A stretch of 64,000 nt of DNA from Flaccisagitta enflata (Eukaryota), in the NCBI GenBank assembly GCA_965153355.1, contig OZ231126.1:31558001-31622000 (forward strand). The letters are read 5' to 3'. The notes under the pieces were generated by a model. It was not told the DNA's origin. It saw only the letters and a list, made by a program, of their open reading frames with translations, and did no database searches. Each line of letters starts with the position of its first letter. The first letter of the stretch is position 1. This document shows, in pieces, positions 54,298 through 64,000 of this stretch. The position numbers and the translations under genes were made by a program.

Positions 54298-56720
54298 ATC
54301 TATTATGGCAAGTAAAACATTCAACCGACCCACCGACCAACCAATCAACGGACCGTAAAAAAAGTTTTTAAGCATTTTGGCGCGGCGCTCACTCATGACT
54401 GATAGGCGTAACGGCGATTACAGCATGTGAAACAACCGACCAAATCTATTCTTTTTTTTTAATTTGATGAACATCATTTAGTCCATGCATGCAACCATTC
54501 ATTTCATTTTTTTTTTCTTTTTTTTCAAAATACAGCACTTTTCTCGTTCTTTTTTTTTCGTAATTTTCAGTCGCGGACTAGCGACTCTATAAGAGGCTTT
54601 GTCCGTCCGTCCGTCGGTCGGTCGGTTGGTTGGTCGGTCGGTCGGTTGGTTGGTCGGTCCGTCACGCTCGAGTCGAAAAGTGGGAAAACACGCATTTCCG
54701 CCCCTGCCCACCCGTCCGCGACTGGTATTGGCCGTGTATCCGGCCTTGTTTAATCATAATTCATATTCGACCTTTTTTCCCATGAGTTCTTTTGAAAACA
54801 AACTTTGAAAATTGATAAAAATCATTCATCCATCCATTTGGAATGTTCAAAAACAATTGTTAAAAAGGGGTCAATGGTTCACTGATATGGATGGTAGCTA
54901 TTTCATTTATTGACTGTCGAAAGATTTCATGTGGAAATTATTATAAAAGTTATAAGATAAATGATTATAAAAGTTTTAAGATAAATCCTTTTTTTTAGGT
55001 GCGACAAAGCACCTCTATAACTGGCTGTGTCCGTCGGTCGGTCGGTTGGTTGGTTGGTCTGTCTGTAACGCATTCGTTCGACGATCCACACGTCGCACCT
55101 ATTGGCCTACTTGGCCTTGTTTAAATATCATGAGGAGATGAATGTATAAGATGTAGTAGGAGTTAAAACTATCGTACCATGAAATATCCTAAGAGTGGTG
55201 CGCGTGTTAACAAGTCAGTGAGGGTTCACAAGGCCCTCTTCCATTTATTTCAGTTTGGGAATATTGAGGGATATTGTTCCACTTTTCATACTACTCAGTA
55301 CCTTGGATTGGAATGTCCGGCGGTCGCATTAAGCTTGACCTCGATTCTATCCTCTAAGGGTATGGTTTCTTAACAATGTTACCCTCGGGTGATTTGTTGA
55401 ATTTCGGATGATAAAGTAACGATCATTGTCCTTATTGCTTTTGGTAAGTATTTTGCTTTTGGGAAGGAATGTTTTTCATATTCTGTTTTTCGGAAAACTA
55501 GGAGTGGTGCGCATATTAACTAGTCAGTGAGGGTTCACAAGGCCCTCTTCCATTTATTTCAGTTTGGGAATATTGAGGGATATTTTTCCACTTTTCATAC
55601 AATAAGTTTCACGGGTATCATTTCCTTTAAACGAAATATCACGTGAAAATAAATGTGTTAGACAACAGTTATTGAAAGTATCGTTCCCTTTTAGCCGCCG
55701 TCCAAAAAAGTAAAACGTGTATGCATCAAATTTAATGGTGAGAGAAGGTAAAGAAAAAAGGTTTTAGGGCACTTTCCCCCTTCTCCGCTCACTCATGATG
55801 GATGGGCTTTACGTCTATTATGGCAAGTAAAACATTCAACCGACCCACCGACCAACCAATCAACGGACCGTAAAAAAAGTTTTTAAGCATTTTGGCGCGG
55901 CGCTCACTCATGACTGATAGGCGTAACGGCGATTACAGCATGTGAAACAACCGACCAACCAACCGGCTAAAAGACCGATCGACCGACCGACCGTAAAGTG
56001 GCCCGTAGCATGTAAATAAAAAAAAAGTCTTAAGCATTTCCCCCTTTGGCGCTCATTCATGATGGATGGGCGTTACGGCGAGTACGGCATGTGAAACAAT
56101 AAACGCAAACTCGCGTAGATTTATGATTGATTTCTCACTTTTTAGATGCGTCCGTCAGGAACGCATCTCTAGAAGAGGGTCTGTCCGTCCGTCGGTCCGT
56201 CGGTCCGTCGGTCCGTAACGCCTGTGCAAAAACCGCGTTTCTCGGTTGTTTTTGGCCACAGTGAGATCTGACACTGAAACAAATGATCAACCTACATGTT
56301 TTGAGACTCTTTTCACCCGTCTGTTCGTCCATCTGTCTCTCCAATATGTCACATGATCAATACACGCTGAGATACAGCCCGGACGCATCGTTGCCCGGTC
56401 GGGCTTGTTTTTCGAATGGCCACATGAAAAACTTGATGAAAAACACCCGCCGATGTTGTTTATCTTTTATTCCTTTCTTTTTTTCATGGTTAAAAAAATT
56501 GTTTTTGAGCTACTGGCACTGGTAGTGAACCTACCAGTAACAGTGATACATCTGAAAAGGATGCTTATCCTGTGTCCCTTTTAACGGATTTTTTTTCCCC
56601 AGAAAATAGATTTTTACACCCTTGCAAGTCCATCAGAATGGGATTTAGCTGTGGATAATACGTCCAGCTATACTAACTTAATCGTCATGTCTTTACATTG
56701 ATTATTTCTTTTCTTCTCAC

Positions 56721-57666
56721 CAGAGAGTTGTTGGAGCTATGAGATTAGACTTGGCCAGCGGCGGCTGATGATCGGCGTAGAACTCCACTTCTTCATCCGC
56801 CACCTTCGAGGATATTGGAAACCCCGATGCTGCAGCATTCACAGTTGCTGTAAATGTCGATGCAGCCGCATTAGCTGTCGCCGCAGTTGGCGATTTCTTC
56901 CCAACTCTTCTTCTGCCGCAAGTGTGGCATCCAGTTTGAGCGCCGATTTGTCTGATGCGGCGTTTTTGTTTCGGCGTCGCGTAAGAAGCGCCGGCGGGAA
57001 GACAATCGGCCGCAAAGGCGCCGATACAAACGGCGTTACTCGGCAGCAACACGCGGTACCGACTGCGTGGGGAAGAGCAGGAAGAGGAAGAGGAGGAGGA
57101 AGAGGGAGATGATGAAGATGATGATGAGAAGCAGGAGCAGTCTCCGACTTTCCACCTCAATAAACGCTTGATGAATGACGGTAGTTTAAAGACGGCGTGA
57201 AGGAACAGAAAATGTCTCACGACTCCGTTGGAAGACCGGAAATCGACCAAAAACGAGATCAAAGGCGTCGAGCGACAAATGGAAGGCGTTGAGCGCCAAT
57301 CGACGGGCGGTTGCAGTTGAAGACGGAGGTGATTCAAGATGCTGTTGAAGGAAGCATCGACGCTTTCGGCGAAAGGCTGCAGCATCCCGCGAAGATGTAA
57401 TGAGATCGCGTAGAAGATACCGTCGAGACCGAAGATGTTGAGGACAGGTCGCAGCATCCAATAGAGATGCCCCCAAATGGCGCTGAAGAGATCGATAATT
57501 TTGTCGACGAAGATGAAGACTCCGCCCTTGATGTTGACGGAAGCGTCGGGGAAGAGGAGGAAGCGGAAGAGGAAGAGGAGGAAGTCATGGAAGAGGAAAT
57601 GAGCGGAAAAATAAGCGAACGTCAGGCTGATGAAACCCAAAAGGGAGGAGAAGGGACGGAGATCAG
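56721..57666 (-). CDS. Putative HNH/His-Me finger nuclease-like protein, exon 2 (hydrophobic segments plus LPS...GAFA...YAT...GCHTCG...ADHQPP)
   Basis: 307-aa ORF; acceptor ttttttatttcag (phase 1), donor CTG|GTGAGA (phase 2); CxxC followed by DHQPP is the N-half of an HNH-type treble-clef nuclease. Confidence 0.7.
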
Positions 57667-57689
57667 CTGAAATAAAAAAATAGAGGATG

Positions 57690-58200
57690 GTAATGACAGT
57701 AATCCAAAAGTAAATGGTCTAACTATGGATCGTAGTGGACAAAATGGGAAAAGCAGTAATCAGAATAGAAAGGGCTGTAATCACAACGGGAATGGCAGTT
57801 ATCAAAGTGATAATGGCAATTATCAAAGTGGTGATGGCAATATTTGAAATAGTTATGGCAGTAATCAATGTGTAAATGCTGAAAATCAAAATGGGAATGG
57901 CAGCATTCATAATGGGCACGGCAGTTATCAAAATGAGAATGGGAAAAAAATTAATTGTGGATGGTAATAATCAAAGTGGAATGGCGGTAATCCAAATGGG
58001 AATAGGAATTTCTTTGGGAATTGCAATCTTTTAATTGTAGATGGTAATAATCAACGTGGAAACGGCAGTATTCAAAATGAGTGTGGAAGTAATTCAATTG
58101 TAGTTGGTAATAATAAAAGTGGCGGATGAAAGTAGTCAATACGGTAATGGCAGTATTCAAAGTGGAAATGGCAATTCAAATAAAAAGAATGGGAATTGTA
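57690..58200. repeat. Degenerate ~21-bp minisatellite (aatggcagtaatcaaagtgg)
   Basis: Periodic motif in intron 1 of the HNH-like gene. Confidence 0.7.
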
Positions 58201-58560
58201 GTCACCAAAATGTGTGGGGAGGAAGATGAATCAGATGATATTTTCTCACGATTGTCAGATCCTCAACGTGATAACTGAAAAAGGGTCATTCTTGATTGTC
58301 TGAACTTCCAGAAACCAGAAATCGGTTCTTGGTTACTGGTCTGTTGGGCAAAAGTTGAGAGCCAGACAATAGATACCGACTCATCAAAGTGACGAAGAAC
58401 AGGAAGAAGGTTTGTTATGATTGCGACGTGACTGTGACTGTAACTGTAACTGTGACTGTAACTGGGATACAACAACTGAACTCCCTCCCACCTTCAAAAC
58501 CGGATCACAGCTCTCCTTCAAAATGGTCAGATCTTGATTTAGTGTTGTTTGTTTGTATGT

Positions 58561-58634
<74 letters not shown>

Positions 58635-59266
58635 TGTGTCCCGATTTGTGTAAACAACTCTCACGAGCTCCTCACCGATGAAGAGAGAGTGATATTTCGA
58701 CTCAAAAAGTGAGCGAGTTATGACTATTTTTTTCTTTCTGTTTTTTAAACTGACTCTGTCTCTGTCTCTGTCTCTATTTTGAATATCTTATACCAGCCCT
58801 GCTGTCTCCGTCTCTGTATCTCTATCCCTCCCACAATGACGATTAGTACTACAGTATCTCTTATTCGTTGTCACACAATTTTATCAGCTGAGTTGACACG
58901 AATTTGGAGAGCTCCCAATATGCAAATAGGACTTGCCTAAGTAGCTGGAAAACATTGTGTCGAACTATTTACTTTTAGTGGGGAATGTTGTTCTATCAAG
59001 GTTTGTAATGTTGTCAAATGGTTTGTGATACAAGCATGATGGGCAACAACAATTACATTTGCGAATCACAAGGTCACAATTCCGTTTTACAGCAGAAACA
59101 CTCGCTTTCTTCTATAAGGATTGTAGACACAAAATGTCAATTTATAGATTTTGCTGCTCTCTCTCTTTCTTTCTTTCTCTCTTTCTCTCTTTCTTTCTTC
59201 CTTTCTTTCTTTCTTTCTTTCTATCTTTCTTTTCTCTCTCGCTTTCTTTCTTTCTTTCTTTCTTTT

Positions 59267-59311
<45 letters not shown>

Positions 59312-59340
59312 TTCTTTCTTTCTTTCTTTCTTTTTTTTTT

Positions 59341-59437
<97 letters not shown>

Positions 59438-59462
59438 CCTCTCTCTAACTCTCTCTCTCTCT

Positions 59463-59517
<55 letters not shown>

Positions 59518-59536
59518 CTCTTTCTGTCTCTCTTTC

Positions 59537-59638
<102 letters not shown>

Positions 59639-59663
59639 CTCTCATTTCCATATTCACACTCAC

Positions 59664-60501
59664 CGGTAATCCCGAGTCTTTTCCATCCTCGATGAATCAC
59701 GAACAGAAAACCGGCGTAAAAAATCGACCAAACCAAAGACAAACAAAACAAACAAAACAAAACACGCAACAAATCCGAGGGAGACGATGAGGATGATGAC
59801 GATGGAAACGACGAAGACGATGATGAGGAAAATAGCGATGATGACGACGACGATGATGATGATGAAAATTCTCTCCTTAACTTGGTCGTCATCCCCAAGA
59901 TCATTTGTCCGTAGGATTGAACCAATTCATTCCACTGCGTCGATCGGCGATTGTCCGAAGCCGAAGCCGAGGCGCCTTCATCATCGCCAACAAAGGACTC
60001 AAATCCCCAATCCGACGCCCGAACCGATAGACGGGTCAACCCCCAACAAAGGGGGTGGATTTCAGAGGAGAGAATGTCCAAATTTGAGGCGATTGGTGCC
60101 ATTTGCCGATTGGGGTACGGTTTTGGGAGAGAGTGAAGGGTTTTTTTTACTTTTGGGGGTGGATTCCCGCATACAGTACGTCCAAAGTCAATGCGATTGT
60201 CGCCAGTTGGCGATTGAGGTCGGTCTGATAATGAAGTGTCGATGTGAGTGGTGCCATTTGCCGATTGGGGGGTGTTTGAGAAAAGAGTTGACAATGGAGT
60301 GTCGGGAGATTGGACGCTATGTGGGGGTTTGGTTTCAGAGTGTTTTAGATTTCCTATTGTAAGAGACTCAATGATACGAGTCTCGAGATAACAGGCGCCA
60401 TGTGGAGGATATTTGACTTTCCTTTTTCTAAAGAAAGAAGAAAGGAATACAAGAGTGGTGGTTGACTGGTTGTTATTAAAGGATGCTTTTTGTGATGCCA
60501 T
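59664..60501 (-). CDS. Putative membrane-anchored HNH/His-Me finger nuclease-like protein, exon 1 (low-complexity N-terminus plus hydrophobic helix); start uncertain (60501 or 60528, or upstream exons)
   Basis: ORF 59221-60528; TM-like LLRVLFCLFCLSLVWSIFYAGFLFVI; strong donor ACCG|GTGAGT (phase 1) matches the phase of the next exon. Confidence 0.6.
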
Positions 60502-61244
60502 TGCTACAGACAAGTAACCAGAAAGCATTGATAGAGCTACGGGACAAAAGAAATGGGCTTTTGGTTAGGTTAATTAAGCTGTCAAATTGGCACTAAGCAA
60601 AGGTTAACTCACCTTCATTTTCTATGGGTAGTCGAAAAAATAGAAACGAACAGAATTCTTAGCGTGATGAATGTCATCATAATGATCTTATATATCTTTA
60701 CTCTAAATAAATTAATACCATCAAAAGTAGAAAGCTGAAAAAAGACAGGACAGTAGAAGACGTACAGCTTCTGACAGAAATAGACATGCTAGACAAGATA
60801 GACAAACAGGCTCATAGAAATAAGAGAGCTAGATTGAAGCTTTTTTTGAACATGACAAAATTTGGCATGGGAAAATCGAAGACAAACATTGAATGTTTGA
60901 TCCAACAGAAACAAGATCGAAGATCGGCCGCCAACCTGAGATTTGCTCTGTAGGAATGACTCACGCATATGGAGGAAGAGGAAGAGCAGGAGGAAGAGAA
61001 AAAAGAGGAGGAGAGTAGAAGGATGGAGTTGGGGAAGGATGGGGAGGTGACAGATCGCAAGGGGATAGCAGCAAAGAGTTCAGTAGTAGTCAGATGTAAA
61101 TGGTAATAAAGCTGATGGTGATGTACAGAAGATCACATCAAATTTCTCCCATAACTTAGCAAACAAATACAGAAACAGAAATCACTGCCTATCTGCCGTT
61201 CTGTCTATTTGTCTGTCTGTCAGGCTGTCAGTATCGGTTTGTGT

Positions 61245-61340
<96 letters not shown>

Positions 61341-61893
61341 GGCAAAGGAGAGACAGAAAGACAGAAACACTGTCAAGCAGACAGACAGAAGGAGATGACT
61401 AACGAGAGGCGAGCAGAGTGGGTGACAGATGGAGTTGGAGCGTGGGTGACAGATGGAGTTGGAGCGTGTGCACGTGTCTGCCAGTCGCCTCAAAATGCCT
61501 CAAAAGCCTCAAAAGCCTCAAAATGCCTCAAAAGCCTCAAAAGCTTCAAGGCGCAGCCCAAAAGTGTCACATTACAAATCAAATCTGCGGACTGGAAATT
61601 GACGATGGAAAGATGTTGTATGCATTAGGGACAAGCCCAAAGAGTTGCATAAAGGGTTTTTATATCGGGAATATGCGGAGGGCATGATGCACGGTTTTGT
61701 GCGTTTATCTCACGAAACCTCATGATTAAGTCACCCTTTTCAAGAAGAAAAAGACATTTACTATCTAGAAAAAGTATATCTAAACCTTCAATTAAGGATA
61801 TCTCCGCTTCTAGAAATGCTAGATAGATTTAAAAAAAAAACAAATCAAACTCCATCAAAAAATCTTCAAAATGAAGCTAATCTGATTGGTGTA

Positions 61894-62467
61894 CAGTAGA
61901 TGTCGTCTAGACTTGGAAATACGGGGGAATTCATTACAGGAAGACAAATAAACTTTAGACAGTCATATTTGGAATATAGACTAATAAAAGGATGCTTTAT
62001 TACCCATGGGTGTTGGTTGCTATGGAAACACATTTTCACGTATTTACGCTAAAGTATCAATATTTTGAGAAATTTTATGAGGGAACATTGTTTAAAATAA
62101 AATTTGCTACAACTTTCTCACAATATCTTCTGTAAGAATATTGCTAGTTTCGCTGTTGCTAAGGAGCGTAACTATGTGTGACAGCCCTGTGATGCTCCCT
62201 AGCAACCGCCAAACGAGCGATATTCTTACAGAACATACTGTGGGAAAGTTGTAGCAAATTTTATTTAAAATAATGTTCCCTCATAAAATTTCTCAAAATA
62301 TTGATACTTTAGCGTTGATACATGGAAATGTGTTTCCATGGCAACCAACACCCATGGGCAATAAAACATTCTTTTATATGTTTATATTCAAAATATCACT
62401 GTCTTAAGTTTATTTGTCTTCCTGTTATGAATTCCCCCGTATTTCCAAGTCTAGACGACATCTACTG
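61894..62467. mobile_element. Foldback (almost fully palindromic) MITE, TA TSD
   Basis: cagtagatgtcgtctagacttggaaatacggggg... is mirrored through to the centre near 62180. Confidence 0.9.
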
Positions 62468-62582
62468 TATCTTAAACGGTTTAGAAATTACAAGCGAAAA
62501 TGTAAAAAACATTTATTTTCAAAATTAAGAAAAAATAAAAGACAGAAGATGCAAAAATTATAAACAGCTTTAAATCAACATA

Positions 62583-63369
62583 CAGTGGGAACCCGATTTA
62601 ACGACCTTGAAGGGACTGGGGAATTTTGGTCGCTAAATCCGAGTGTTGTTAAATCGAATTTATAATTTTAGATGCATGTAGTTAGTTTTGAAATATGTTT
62701 TCATATGTTTGTATATGTATTCACTATAGTTTTTGTGCAACTGGCCTACGAACCATCACATAAGCTTTAGTATTACTATAGAATATTTGTATATAAAAGA
62801 ATATCACATGTAATGAATCTTATATCAAATTGATTACAAACCTCTGTCCATGGCATCATTTTTGAAAATGTCTTTGCTTGACCCTGAGTTTATTTTCATG
62901 GGCCGTCACTGTGCAAGCTTGCAAAAAACAACAAATTTGCCAAGATTCTTTACTTTCACTTTGCAAATTATCATCAGAGACAGAGAAAAACTAAAAAAAA
63001 AAATAGAGAATAGAGATGAGGTCATTATGTATAGTTTTTCAGTTCTTTTTTAAAATATTTGTATATCTATTTTTTTCTTATTTTTTGTATTTTTTCTGTA
63101 AATGTATTCAAGTATATTAAGTCCTATAAATATCAAAATCAAAATTTTAGTTCTTATTAATTAAGTGGTTGATGTTACTAAATCAGGTTAAGGTCATCCA
63201 TGGGACTCAAAAATAGCGACTTTAAATCAGGTTTGGATGTTAAATCAGGTGTTGTTAAAGCGAGTAAAATTAACATTACAAAAGCCTGTAAAAATTTGGG
63301 ACTAGAGAAGCTTGGATGTTAAATCCGAAATGTCGTTAAATCAGGTGACGAAAATGCGGTAGTCCACTG
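62583..63369. mobile_element. pogo/Tigger-like MITE, TA TSD
   Basis: cagtgg...gatttaacgac / gtcgttaaatc...ccactg termini, repeated gttaaatc motifs. Confidence 0.75.
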
Positions 63370-64000
63370 TATCTCCACTTCTAGAGCAGCTAGTACAATT
63401 TTTAAAAAAACAAAATCATGTACATCAAAAAATCTAGAAGATGAACTCATCCTGGTTTCTTTGGTTTTGTACGTTTGGAAATGGCAGATATAAATATAAA
63501 CTTCTTCCCAAATTGTTAATTTGCCTATGAGTGATAACACTATATCCTTTGTAATAAGTTAGAATTGCTTTAGATATTGCATACAAAAACTTTCATGAGA
63601 ATTTTTAGTTTAAAAAAAGTTATTTTATACATTAACACTTTTTGTATAATAATTAGATAAATATTAGGTCACTAAATCATATTGTATCCCAGGTGTAGAT
63701 ATACTTTTTTCCTAGGTAGTACCGTCTGTATCTCAAATGCTAATTATCAACAGAACTCATTTATAACGGAAATAGCCGATAAGCAAAAGAGAGGTCTCCT
63801 GAAACTAAACCCTCGAAGTTTTGAAGTATAACATTGTGCCATGCCATCTGGAGGGCGGATTAAGAATCGCGTCGGGCGATCGCAGGAACAAATGTTAACG
63901 TGTAAACAGAAAATGAGCCTCAAAGAACAGGAAAAGAAAATGAGAACTGTCGTGTTTTAAGTCATGGCCATTGGAACTTGGTCATCAATTTAGAGTCACG

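Larger units (their letters stand above)
61761..63719. mobile_element. MITE (CTAYCTAG TIR family) hosting two nested MITEs
   Basis: TIRs ctatctagaaaaagtatatcta / tagatatacttttttcctaggtag, TA flanks; body resembles the 16014 copy. Confidence 0.75.

Noticed and set aside
55215-55245. GTGAGGGTTCACAAGGCCCTC resembling a twister ribozyme P4 hairpin
   Set aside because: Loop lacks the expected AAGC, and I could not build the pseudoknots or P1/P2

Overview
Repeat-rich eukaryotic (invertebrate-like metazoan) genomic DNA; no prokaryotic features, rRNA or CRISPR array. It contains three host genes. (1) The 5' part of a DNAAF9/C20orf194 orthologue on the minus strand (4 exons, 6915 to 1878; later exons not located). 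(2) A minus-strand gene for a predicted membrane-anchored His-Me/HNH-like nuclease whose catalytic motif halves (GCHTC...DHQPP at ~56.8 kb and FYPQCxxC at ~12.4 kb) appear split by a ~44 kb intron. (3) A two-exon 7TM/GPCR-like gene nested antisense inside that intron. The same intron holds a young BEL/Pao LTR retrotransposon (25810-35729, TSD GTAGC) with an extra non-env ORF, an in-frame UGA-C gag/pol junction and a candidate self-priming PBS; a Tx1/L1-clade LINE whose ORF1 carries an SGNH esterase domain; and a CR1/L2-group LINE. MITEs (including a triple nest), DINE-1/HINE-like elements, minisatellites and microsatellites fill the rest. All homology calls come from remembered family motifs, not database searches.
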